A DNA stretch of 63,922 nt, the filler included, from Chiloscyllium plagiosum (taxonomy: Eukaryota), in assembly GCF_004010195.1 (NCBI RefSeq). It is 3 parts of one record of this genome, joined end to end, with 100 filler letters (N's around TTAATTAATTAA, not from the genome) between each part and the next. Parts side by side here need not be neighbours in the genome. Positions count along the whole stretch, not along the records: positions 24,707 to 55,780 come from NC_057713.1; 2 more parts are not named here. One strand, 5' to 3'. Below are positions 36,231-47,922 of this stretch, in pieces. The position numbers were made by a program, and so were the translations under genes. Below the pieces are notes generated by a model. That model saw only the letters and a list, made by a program, of their open reading frames with translations, ran no database searches and was not told where the DNA came from. The first letter of the stretch is position 1, and each line of letters begins with the position of its first letter.

Positions 36231-36653
36231 ATCCAACTGGAGTCCTGGGCACAATGTTAGTTTGCTTATTTGAGGAACTATGTTAGAAGCAGTTCAGAGA
36301 AGGTTTGACTAGATTACTACCTGGTTTGGGCAGGTTGTCTATCAGGAAAGGGCAGATAAGCTTGGCCTGTATCCACTGGAGTCTAGAGGTGATTTATTTG
36401 AATCCTATAAAATTCTGAGGGGGGGGGGGTTACAGAGGGTGAACTAATAAACATTTAAAGTACTGAAGAAAACCATTTGGTCCATCGTACCTGTGCTGAT
36501 CAACAAAGGCTGCACTATTCTCTTTTTCATAGCCCTTAAGTCTATGGGAGCACAAGTGAATGTTTAATCTTTGCTCAAATATTACAAGAGTTTTCCTTTT
36601 CAGGCAATGAGTTCTCAAACTTCTCCTCAACTCAAACTTCTCCTCAACTCTCT

Positions 36654-36951
36654 TTAGATTACTTACAGTGTGGAAACAGGCCCTTCGGCCCAACAAGTCC
36701 ACACTGCCCCGCCGAAGCGCAACCCACCCATACCCCTACATTTACCCCTTACCTAACACTACGGGCAATTTAGCAATCTGACCTGCACATCTTTGGACTT
36801 TGGGAGGAAACCGGAGCACCCGGAGGAAACCCACGCAGACACAGGGAGAACATGCAAACTCCACACAGTCAGTCGCCTGAGGCGGGAATTGAACCTGGGT
36901 CTCTGGTGCTGTGAGGCAGCAGTGCCAACCACTGTGCCACCGTGCCGCCCA
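36654..36951 (-). mobile_element. HE1 SINE, young subfamily
   Basis: Near-identical to 28755-29075 with a short V-domain deletion. Confidence 0.9.
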
Positions 36952-37121
36952 TAAAGCTTCCTAACTTTTACCTTAAATCTCTGGTTATTGATCCCACCAC
37001 TAATGGGAAAAACTTCCTTCTTACTTTAACAGGATGTCTTCTCTTATAGAAGAATCTAGAACTCAGGATCGTTGTTTAACCTCAGGGTCATCCACTTCAA
37101 ACGAAGCTTCCACAATTTGTT

Positions 37122-37155
<34 letters not shown>

Positions 37156-37409
37156 AGAGGGTTGTGGGAATTTGGAATTTTCTTCCTCAAAAGGAGATGG
37201 AAGCAGATTCTTTAAAGGTAGAGGCAGATCGATTCTTGTTCAGACAAAATGTAGGCCGGGGCATGAATTTGAGTTTACAGTCAGGTCAGACATGGATGCA
37301 GAGCAGCTCAAGGGATTACTTTTGCTCTGAATTCATATGTTTCAACCTGCTCCACCTTTTAATAGAGCTGGCTGGTCTAAAATGGTCTTAAGTTCAGTTT
37401 ATAAATTCA

Positions 37410-38360
37410 GAAGTTCAGAGGATATAGGTGCAGAATTAGGCCATTTGGCCCAACGAGTCTGCTCCGCCATTCGATCATGGCTGATACGCTCCTCACCCCC
37501 ATTTTCCTGCCTTCTCCTCAAATCTCTTCAGCCCATTACTAATTAAAAACCTGTCTAACTCATCCTTAAATTTACTCACTGTCCCAGCATCCACCGCACT
37601 TTGGGGAGTGAATTCCACAGATTCACAGTCCTCTGGGAGAAATTGTTCCTCCTCAACTCTGTTTTAAATTTGTTACCCCTTATCCTGAGACTATGATCTC
37701 TCATCCTAGAATTCCCCACATGAGGAAACATCCGCTCCATGCCTACTTTAAACCTTTTATCACCTTGAATACCTCAATTTGATCTCATTCTTTTAAATTC
37801 CAAAGAGTACAGGCCTAAACTGTTCAAGCTCTCTTCATACGACAAACCCTCATTAGATTAGATTCCCTACAGTGTGGAAACAGGCCCTTCGGCCCAACCA
37901 GTCCACACTGATCCTCCAAAGAGTAACCCATCCAGATCCATTTCCCTCTGATTAATGTACCTAACACTATGGGCAATTTAGCGTGGCCAATTCACCTGAC
38001 CTGCACATCTTTGGACTGTGGGAGGAAACCAGAGCACCCGGAGGAAACCCACGCAGACATAGGGAGAACGTGCAAACTCCACACAGACAGTTGCCCAAGT
38101 GGGAATTGAACCCAGGTCCCTAGCGCTGTGAGGCAGCAGTGCTAACCACTGAGCCACCATGCCACCCCTGGGCACCAATGTCTGGGATCAATCTGTTGAA
38201 CCTCCTCTGAACTGCCACCAATGCCACTGGATCTTTCCTCAAATAAAGAGACCAAAACTGTGCACAATACTCCAGGTGTGGTCTCACCAATGCCTTGTAT
38301 AGTTGCAACAATACTTCCTTACCTATATATTCTATTCCTTTAGCTATCAAAGCAAACATT
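37410..38360 (-). mobile_element. CR1 LINE 3' part interrupted by HE1
   Basis: KEVLLQLYKALVRPHLEYCAQFWS at 38120-38377; 3' UTR at 37410-37560. Confidence 0.8.
37852..38168 (-). mobile_element. HE1 SINE
   Basis: Head, V-domain and tail. Confidence 0.88.
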
Positions 38361-38378
38361 CCATCCACCTGGGTCAAG

Positions 38379-38588
38379 AAGTGTGACGCTGGAAAAGCAC
38401 AGCAGGTCAGGCAGGATCTGAGGAGCAGGAGAGTCGATGTTTCGAACGTAAGCTCTTCATCACATTTCTGATGAAGGGCCTATGCCCAAAACGTCGATTT
38501 TCCTCCTCCTCGGATGCTGCCTGACCTGCTGTGCTTTTCCAGCACCACACCTTTTGACTTTGATCTCCAGCATTTGTAGTCCTCACTT
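38379..38588. mobile_element. Fold-back Neptune-pLTR insertion with about 20-bp imperfect TSD
   Basis: ATTCCATCCACCTGGGTCAAG (38358-38378) versus ATTCCATTCACCTGGTCAAG (38589-38608). Confidence 0.75.
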
Positions 38589-39229
38589 ATTCCATTCACC
38601 TGGTCAAGTCTCCTGCCTTAAGTATATTCCCTGGCCCACCACTGCCCCCTGGGGGTGGAGGGGCAGAATGAAGATTAAAAACGCTCTAGAAGAGAATCCA
38701 CCTCACTGCCATCTTAAAGGGAGATTTTTAAACTGCAGGCCCCAGTCCTAGACCCCTCCCAATGAGGGGAAGGATCAGCCAGTGAATTCCTATGGAATTC
38801 ATTGCCACAAAAGGCTGTGGAGGCCAGGTCATTGAGTATATTTAAAACAGGGATAGATGAGTTCTTGATTGCCAAGGGGTTCAAAGGTTACAGGGACAAA
38901 AAAGGGAAAATGGAATTTGAAAAAACATGAATGGTAGAGCAGACTCGACGGGCCAAATGGCCTCATTTCTGCTCTGTTGTCTTATGTTTGCAGCTAATAA
39001 GATTGCACAGATGTAATTCCAGCCGATTTAGTGTGTTAAGTTCTGTCTAACGACAAAGCTGATCTGCTTGAAAGATTCTGAGGCTGTAATACAGAAACAT
39101 TAACCCAATATCGGAGTCTGAATTTATGTTTACAACCCAATTAAATTTCTTCATCTGTCTTTCAAAAACTTTGGGTGGATATGGAAAATTCCACCCAACC
39201 TATCAGTATCCATTCTATCAAGCTCCAAA

Positions 39230-39545
39230 AAATTCCCCAAGGCTCCTCAGCCAGCACTTTCCAAACCCACAACCACTTCTATCTGGATGGACAAGGGCAG
39301 CAGGTACATGGGAACACCACCCCCTACAAGTTTCCCTCCAAGTCCCTCACCATCCTGATTTGGAAATATATCGCCGTTCCTTCAGTGTCACTGGGTCAGA
39401 ATCCTGGAATTCCCTCCCTAAGGGCATTGTGGGTCTGCCTACAGCACATGGACTGCAGCAGTTCAAGAAAGCAGCTCACCCCCACCTTCTCAAGGGGCAA
39501 CTATGGGCGGGCAGTAAATGCTGGGCCAACCAGTGGTATCATGAA
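39230..39545 (+). mobile_element. LINE-B 3' end
   Basis: RLLSQHFPNPQPL...RRSFSVTGSESWNSLPKGIVG...FKKAAHPHLLKG. Confidence 0.75.
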
Positions 39546-39579
39546 TCACCCTCTCCTTTGTTGACTCAGAGCATTACAT

Positions 39580-40870
39580 GAGCATTTTACCAATCCACTG
39601 AAACCTTTCCAGAATCCAGAGAATTTTTGAATATTGTAACCTATTATTATCACTCATTATCTCTTCCTTTAAGATGTCGATGTTAGCTATGACATGGAGG
39701 TGCTGGTGTTGGCCTGGTCAGAAGTCCCACAACACCAGGCTTTAGTCCAACAGGCTTATTTGAAATCACAAGCTTTCAGAGCGCTGCAGTCCAGTGCACC
39801 TGACAAAGAGGCAGAGCTCTGAAAGCGTGTGATTTCAAATAAACCTTGACTATAACCTGGTGTCTTGTTACTTCTGACTTCCTTTAAGACTCCACGTCGT
39901 AAGCCGCCAGCCCCTTGGAACTTGTCTTACTTCAATTTGCTCACTACCTTTTCCTGAGTGATGATTATTTAAGTTTATACCTTTCTTATAACCTCTGCAT
40001 TATCTGTTACTATTGGCGTCGTACTAGAGTCCTTCATTGGAAACGTTGGAGCAAATTATTGGTTTAGTGGCTCCGCCATTTCAGTGTTCCCTGCCATTAA
40101 CTCCCTAATCTCATCCTGTAAGAGACTAATACTTGCTTTAGCTACTCTCTTCCTTATTATAAAGGCTTTTGCTATTGGTTTTCATGTTTTGTGCCAGCCT
40201 TCTTTCTTTTGCTCATTTTATTATGATTTTAGTAACCCCTGGCTAGTCTTTAAAAGTCTCTTAATTCTCCAGCCTGCCCCGACCTTTGCAAAATGATATT
40301 CCTTGGTTTTTATCTTTATGTTATCTTTAAGTTCCTTGCTTATAAATGGATGCTTCTGTCATCTCTTACAATCTTTCTTCCTCTTTGAAATATCCTTTAG
40401 TTGGGAGGAATTAATATGTCCTTAAATGTCTACCACTGTTCACCAACTGTCGTACCACTTGGTCTTTCTGCCAAATATAAATCTGTCATCATGCCTATGT
40501 GATTACTTAGGGTGTAGGTTTGCTCGCTGAGCTGTAGGTTTGATATCCAGACATTTCATTACCTGGCTAGGTAACATCAGGTAACATGATTACTTTTGTT
40601 TTAACACCAGAACATTAGCGTGGGACTCAGGTTTCTCATCATCAAACTGAATTTGAAATTCCAGCATGTTATGATCACTCTTCCCAACAGATTCCTGATG
40701 AAGGGCTTTTGCCCGAAACATCGATTCTCCTGCTCCTCGGATGCTGCCTGACCTGCTCTGCTTTTCCAGCATCACTCTAATCTAGATTCTGGTTTCCAGC
40801 ATCTGCAGTCCTCAGTTTCGCCTCTCTTCCCAACAGCATCCTTCACATCAGTTCATTCAGTAATCATCAA
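39580..40870 (-). mobile_element. Old CR1 fragment (endonuclease to RT linker) with nested PLE pieces
   Basis: GKSDHNMLEFQIQF at 40590-40680; family 3 fold-back at 39692-39880; Penelope pLTR piece at 40507-40590. Confidence 0.65.
40691..40823 (+). mobile_element. Short Neptune-pLTR insertion with 13-bp TSD
   Basis: CTCTTCCCAACAG at 40678-40690 and 40824-40836; the insert starts ATTC-CTGATGA. Confidence 0.85.
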
Positions 40871-41694
40871 ATCTAAAAGAATCCAACTCACCAACACAAT
40901 AACTACTCATACCATCCTGTTTCTATGGTATCAATTGCACATTCTCGTCATTCTCTGTGAACAGTGATAGACATTTAAGGACATATTCAATTCCTCCCAA
41001 CTAAAGGATATTCCAAAGAGGAAGAACGATTGTAAGAGATGACAGAAGCATCCATTTATAAGCAAGGAACTTAAAGATAACATAAAGATAAAAACCAAGG
41101 CATATCATATTGCCAAGGTCTGTGTAAAGAGGCTGCACTTGAGCTCCTGTCGGATTTTAAAGTGACCACCTCGATCTGTAACGGTAAACATACTGGTCAG
41201 GCCAACTGGCCCAATTCCTAAACTGCAAATCCCACATGAACACAAGCGCCTCTCACCGAAGCAGATCCACAGGAGTTTAAAATATTTCCACCATCTCACA
41301 TATCAGTTTCTTAGTCTCCAACTGTGTCAGTGGAATAAAATCGAACAACTCCTCTCAGCATCAATTTAAACTTCTCACGGTTTTGATAGACTCATCAGCA
41401 AGCTCCCTGTGCAACAATCAATGTTCAGAACCAAATGAGTAGCTATCAGGTCACATCAAACCCCAAAATCACTGGCATTCGAACACATTCGGGATATTGT
41501 CTTCGGTTTGCCTCACTGGAACAGCCTGCTACAGCATTGTCAATGCTTTGCAATTCTGATCGCTCCTGAAATATATGTCACCTTCCAGAGGTTTGAAATT
41601 TAAGTTGAATTTTGGACTCTGATTTATCAAAGTTATAACATGTTCCAATGTTGCTGCAATGCTGCATTTCGTGATGTATTCTTCTGAATTAGAA

Positions 41695-42500
41695 CAGTAA
41701 GGAAGTGTTGCTGTAATTGTACAAGTCATTGGGGAAGCCACATCTGGAGTATTGTGTACAATTTTGGTCCCTTTATTTGAGGAGGGATGAAGGCCATGTT
41801 CGAAAACTGGAACTTGCAACCCATTCTAAAAGATGTAAGACTTAACAACAATCTAGGTTTGTTCAATATTTCGTATCAGTTGCATGACACCATGATCTTT
41901 TGCTATAAATTCTGTGTCTTATGATCCTGATCCACAGTTACCCAGTGAAGGAGCAGCGCTCTGAAAGCTAGTGCTTCCAAGTAAACCTGTTGGACTATAA
42001 CCTGGTGTTGTGTGATTTTTAATGTTACAATGAAGGCAGTTCAGAGGAGATCCACAAGATTTATTCAAAAGTTGAAAGGATTGTATTATGAGGAGAGATT
42101 GAGCAGTTTAGGCTTATAAGTCATAGAGCTTGGAAGATGAGATGGGATGTAATTAAGGAATGCAGGATGCAATAGTAGATGTAGAGAGGTTGGTATCTCA
42201 TGTGGGACAATCCAGAACGAGTGGGCATAGCTTTAGGATAAGGGGGAGGGGGTATAGGTTGAAAACAGGGATGAGGAGGAATTACTTCTCAGTCTGTGGA
42301 ATTCACTCCCCCAGAGTGCAGTGGACTGGGACATTGTCTAAATTTAAGCAGGAGATAGATGGATGTTTGATTGGAAATGGGCTGAATGCTTATAGGGAGC
42401 TGGCGGGAAAGTGGAGTTGAGGCTGAGATGAGGTCAGCCATGATCATAATAAATGGTGGAACAGGCTGGAGGGGCTGAATGGTCTCCCCCTGCACCTAGT
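41695..42500 (+). mobile_element. CR1 3' part with a family 3 PLE repeat inserted (about 41810-42022)
   Basis: PHLEYCVQFWS...MRRNYFS; the insert contains GAAGGAGCAGCGCTCTGAAAGCTAGTG. Confidence 0.7.
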
Positions 42501-42759
42501 TCTCATCCTATTCACGAGACGTGTTTGTGCGCAATTCGTAGAATGAAATCACAACAAAATGGTTTTTGCAAGATGGTTTAATGCAGTTCCAGTCTTTCTG
42601 GAAGAACTTTCACCCGCTCAGATTATTGAACTTTCTGAAATCTCTTGCAGGCCGCAATGCTCCGAGGTATCAGTGTTCCTCCAATTTGGTCTTCTTGTGC
42701 ATCACCACATGTCATTGTCCCACCATTGGTGCCTGGGCTTCAAGTTCTACTGTAGTCCA

Positions 42760-43073
42760 TTGCCTCACACAGCACCAGGGACCCAGGTTCAATTCCAGCC
42801 TCGGGCCACTGTTGTGGAGTTTGCACATTCTCCCTGTGTCTGCGTGGGTTTCCTCCGGTTTCCTCGCACAGTCCAAAGATGTGCGGGTTAGGGTGAATTG
42901 GCCATGGTAATTTGCCCCATACTGTTCAGGGATATGCAAGGTAGGTGGGTTAGCCGTGGGGAGATGCAGGGATAGGATCGGGGAGGCTGGGTTTGGCGAG
43001 GATGCTCTTTGGACTATCTGTATGGATATGCTGGACAGAATGGCCTGCTTCCATGCTGTAGGCATTCTATGAA
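42760..43073 (+). mobile_element. HE1 SINE (5' eroded)
   Basis: B box, V-domain and ATTCTATGA tail. Confidence 0.8.
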
Positions 43074-45034
43074 TTGGTTCAAGAATCAATTCACCTCTAA
43101 TCCAGTGAGGTGTGATAATACTGGGAAAGGTGAAGCTGGAAGGTGAGTGTAGGATTGACCGGACAAGACAGGATTGACCCAACTGTAATCCAAGTAGACT
43201 GCAAACTCCCTAGCAGCTTTGCAGGTCTACCTAAAGCACACGGACTGCAGCAGATCAAAAGGGACCATCACTTTCTCAGGAGCAACTATGGACGGGCAAC
43301 GAATGCTGACCCAGCCAGCAAGAACCACATTCCCTCAGTGAATAAAACAAAGCTGCTTGGAGTGTCCAAAGGTAGGCCGGACACCCTGCAAAGCACGCAG
43401 AGCTCAGCACAATAACAACCTGTCTGGTCCAACTAGTCAGTGCCGGGGTCATTGCTCCACACAAACTAACTATCAGCTTCCTTCAGCAACATTTCTTTCT
43501 AACCTTTCTCTCCTCACATCTCTAATTACTCAGCTTTCTTCGGAACGCCACTTACTCCACCTCACCTCCACATACTGTCCAGTCTCTTTGAATTGCTGTT
43601 TCTGACCTGCACAGACTTGATGGGCCAAAGGGCCTTTCCCTGTGCTGTAGACCTTGACAGCACAATGACGTTTCATCAAGAGATCCCTCCTGAACTCTGT
43701 GTTAGAGTCGTCAGTTGAGAGGCCCCTATCTCTCTTATTAAATCCATTCTGAATTTTCGATCAAGTCACCTCACTGCCTAATGAAAGGAAAGGGTTTGCA
43801 ATGATTTCGGGTGACCTCTCAGTTCTGAGGTCCCCTCTGCAAAACTCTCCTTGCCCTGTGTCTTTCTTTCTGTTTGGAGTGCAGGCATGTGCTTATGATC
43901 CCACAGTGGTCTCACTCTCGATCAGTATGTTCAGATGGCCAGTCCAAACCAGGAGGGAAGCTCAGGAACATTTAGCACAGAATTTTCTAACCTCCGGGAA
44001 AAAGAATGAATGCATCTCCCATTGGCTAAAGCTTCAGTTTCCCAGTTTGCCGCTCTCATTCCTGCTTTGGGCAGTAACATCTTGAAATAATCCAGTAATG
44101 TCCAAATTGTATCATTAATGCCTTACTGTAGAGTCACAGAGCTGTAAGCATGGAAACAGACCCTTGACCGTTCAGACTGTTGCCTGCCCTGCTCAAATTC
44201 CAATTTCTTAAAGCATCCATAAATCACAATCGATTAGCAATGAAAAGTAACAAGAATTTATACAAGAGGAACTGGGAGCGTATTAAATCATCTCACAGGA
44301 ATGGTTTTGTTGAGTTTTCGTTTTAGCCCACAAAGTTTGGACGATGAGAAATGAGCACTCGTGTTTAAACTGAAAAGAGGAGGGTTCCAATAGGGAATGT
44401 GTTAGTTGTTTGAAAAGGAAGAATGTGCAGAGTTATTGGGAGAAAGCAGGAGAACGGCACTCAGTCGATTGTGCATTTGCAGGGTTGCTGCATTCATGAT
44501 GGGCCGAATGGACTCCTATTGGCCTGCTGTGTTTCTGTGATACTGTGAAATGTCAATCACATTGAAAAGGGAAGGTTGTTCATCTTCAAAACTTGAAGTT
44601 AGCCGGTCCACACAGATAAACTCAGTACATTTTAAAAGAATTTGAAGTAGGGACGTTACACGATAGTATAATGGAGAGTAAGGGCAGGAGAGGTAGGATG
44701 ATCAGTAGGTCACAGTAAAACACAAAACAGAGAGTGATAGTAAAGGCAAGTTATTCAGTGACAGAACCTGGGAAATGATATTCCATAGGGATCAGAGCTG
44801 GGTCCACTGCACTGACATTAATGCCATGGAATCAAAAACAGAATTTACACGTTTACCAGAATTAAATGGAGGGCTAACAGGAGGAGAACCAGTGTGAAGG
44901 GAGACTGCGTGAAATCACAAGATGATTGGCAGGTGTAGATCAAATTAGACACATGGGTTTCACCATCAAAAGGTGTGAAGTGTTGATTTCAGCTGCAGAA
45001 ACATACCAATGAGTTCAGCAGTAGTACTAATGAG

Positions 45035-45290
45035 TGGCACGGCCACTCAGTGGTTAGCACTGCTGCCTCACAGTGCTAGGGACACAGGTTCGATTCCAGT
45101 CTCGGGAGACTGTCTGTATGGAGTTTGCACATTCTCCCCATGTCTGTGTGAGTTCCCTCCCACAGTCCAAAGTTGTTCAGGTTAACGGTGTCCAGGGATG
45201 TGAAGGCTAGATGGATAAACCATGGGAAATGCCGGGTTACAGGATCTGAATGGGATGTTCTTCAGTGGATTGGAGTAGGCTTGATGGGCC
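45035..45290 (+). mobile_element. HE1 SINE (old)
   Basis: CTCAGTGGTTAGCACTGCTGCCTCACAG head and partial V-domain. Confidence 0.8.
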
Positions 45291-46134
45291 ACACAGAAGA
45301 GATTGTTTGAATCATGCCTACAATCCTCTGATAGTGACTTTGTGGGTCAACTGTATGTTTGAAGATTCTCTTTCTTTAACTAAATTATACACAAAGAAAA
45401 ATTGAACTGCGACCAACAAAGTCTCAAAGGTTAAAACCTTTGGTTAGTAGGTTTGGGCCATCCTACTTCACTTGGACTAACTAATGGCTCACATATACCT
45501 GTAAACCCAGTATGAACCAATTAGCACACTGTACATGGGCAACTCATTGGTTGTTCGCTCGGAAAACGTTAATCACAGCTCTATGTTCAGTCAAAGTGAG
45601 GTCTCTTAAACTGAACGAGTCAAACAGAGAGCTTACAGAGCAGCAGTGACCCTCACTCTGGATGTCATGGGGAGATCAGATGTCACTTGTTATTCAACCA
45701 AATGGCCTTATGAAATATCAGCAGTTGATTCAATTTTGAGTCAATTTCTCCTCCAACTCCACAATCTGCACAATGTCCGAATAGTAAACTTGAGGGTGGG
45801 AGGCTCTCTGCCAGTCAGTTTTATTCGAGACAAAGTTGCATTACTATTTAAGTGATTTATGCAGTAAATAAAGTCGAACAGTGATGCATTGTGTTTCTAT
45901 TGCTCAATGTGCGTTTTAACGTTAATGATATGGACCACTTGATCAACGGGAATATTTGATCAATTGGCCTGCCCCTGGTCCCATAGGGGCCAGGTAATAA
46001 AAGGTTTACCATAGTAGGAATTATAGAATTAGAGATACAAATCTAAATAGCAAATAATTTTACAGGCACCTGTATAAAAGAAAAAAGGTTGGAATGTAAG
46101 TGGGCAATTTAATGTCACAGCAGTTCACAGTGAT

Positions 46135-46342
46135 CAAGTCAAGTTGCTACAGTCTTACCAGACCATAGGGCTGTTCTCTCACAAGTGAGATGCAAGTGGG
46201 GGGGGGGTTTAACCTGAGGGTCACCATCCCTTAGACGAGGGGAGAGGTTGAGAAGGAGAATCCAGCACGGTAACCTGAGGCAGCGTGGGGATTGAACCCA
46301 CACTACCTTGTAAACCAACCACCCAGCGAACTGAGCTAAACT
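46135..46342 (-). mobile_element. SINE family C
   Basis: TTTAACCTGAGGGTCACC core; CGAACTGAGCTAA reverse A box. Confidence 0.7.
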
Positions 46343-46624
46343 GACCTCTGTTTATAACTGTAGCATACCTTTAATGTACAAGAGGCACCAACTTGGAGTC
46401 TCACAGGAGGATTCTCAATATACACAATGGCACGTGGTAATTAAAGGTAGGTGATGGCCTAGATGCATTATGACGTAGCTATTCATCTAGAGATTCACAT
46501 GATGCTTCAAGCAAACCCAGGCTCAAATCTCACCATTGTAGCTGATGCAGTTTTAATGAAATAAAACACTGAAATGGAGAGTGTGGTGGTGACCAGGAAA
46601 TTGTAGTCAATTATCAGCAACAAC

Positions 46625-46878
46625 TCCCCTGGTCCCTGGGCCTTCTCCACCATTGCTCCCTCACCACCCGACACCTGGAGGAAGAACGCCTTATCTTATG
46701 CCATGGAACACTTCAACCCCAGGGCATCAATGTGGCTTTCACCCAGTTTCCTCATTTCCCCTCTCATATATCTCTCCACTCTGCAAGCACCCTGCCTCTA
46801 TTCCTGATGAAGGGCTTTTGCCCGAAACGTCGATTTTCCTGCTCCTCAGTGCTTTTCTGGGAACCACTTTAATCTAGT
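46625..46878 (+). mobile_element. Neptune-type PLE 3' end
   Basis: LEEERLILCHGTLQPQGINVAF-like end followed by the pLTR. Confidence 0.7.
46800..46838 (+). ncRNA. Minimal type I hammerhead ribozyme, intact core
   Basis: AUUC-CUGAUGA(46804-46810)-A-GGGC-UUUU-GCCC-GAAAC-GUC(46829-46831)-GAUU; palindromic ACGU helix III. Confidence 0.7.
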
Positions 46879-46919
46879 TCTTTTCCCTTCAGTGGGAGAG
46901 TAAAAACTAGAGGGTTTAA

Positions 46920-47218
46920 GATTAGATTAGATTCCCTACAGTGTGGAAACAGGCCCTTCAACCCAATTAGTCCACACCGACCCTCCGAAGAGTAACCCAA
47001 CCAGACCCATTCCTCCTAAATAATGCACCTAACTCTATGAGCAATTTATCATGACCAATTCACCTAACCTGCACATCCTTGTGACTGTGGGAGGAAACCC
47101 ACACAGACAGGGGGAGAATGTGCAAACTCCACACAGACAGTCGGCCGAGGCTGGAATCGAACCCGGGTCCCTGGCGCTGTAAGGCAGCAGTGCTAACCAC
47201 TGTGCCACCGTGCCGCCT
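46920..47218 (-). mobile_element. HE1 SINE inserted in a CR1 3' end (46880-47472, plus)
   Basis: CR1 sequence GGTTTAAG|TGAGA is split by the SINE. Confidence 0.85.
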
Positions 47219-47922
47219 GCTGAGAATGGGAAGATTTAAAAGGAACCTAAATGACCACATTTTCACACAGTGTGTGGAATGAACTACCACAAAAAGTGGT
47301 AGATGCACATACAGTTACAACATGTAAAAGACGTTTGGATGGCTACATGAATAGGAAAGGTTTAGAGGGACATGTACGAAATGCAGGCAAATGGGACTAG
47401 TTTAGTTTGGGTAACCTAGTGGGCATGGATGAGTTGGATTGTTTCTGTGCTGTATGACTTTATAACTCTATGAGGAGATTACAGTTGACAGATTCAACTA
47501 TTTAATAAGTTAGCAGATAAAGGTTAAGGTGTGAGTATAAAAATTACATTGGATTTTAAAATATAACTGTGGAAGTATTCACACATAAATGTTCACACAA
47601 TATCTTTTCGTTCATTTTATTTTTAAAGACCCATTTAAAATAATTTTATTCCCTATCATGCTGACATTGTGTAGCAGTCAGACTCAGAGATTGTTCCTGT
47701 GAGGAAATAGTTATGGTTTGCAAAGAGAAATGTGACATTTTGACAATACAGGTATTTTAGGAATATTAATGAGTGCTTTAGGATCATTCTGTGAGATAGA
47801 GGGATTCAGATGGGTCCAAAATGATGAATTGACTTCTGGAAGTCTTCACCTTACTGTAAGGTTATAGAGTTACTGCAAAAATTCAATAAACAGATATTCT
47901 GCGTATCTGTATCTGCAGTGAG

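Noticed and set aside
41447..41570. Possible minus-strand exon after TTTCAG (ERSELQSIDNAVAGCSSEANRRQYPECVRMPVILGFDVT*)
   Set aside because: Short, weak polypyrimidine tract, unrecognised peptide and no partner exons; cannot be supported without RNA-seq
42630..42760. Splice-acceptor-like TCTCTTGCAG followed by open frames
   Set aside because: No recognisable product, and the frames run into an HE1 SINE
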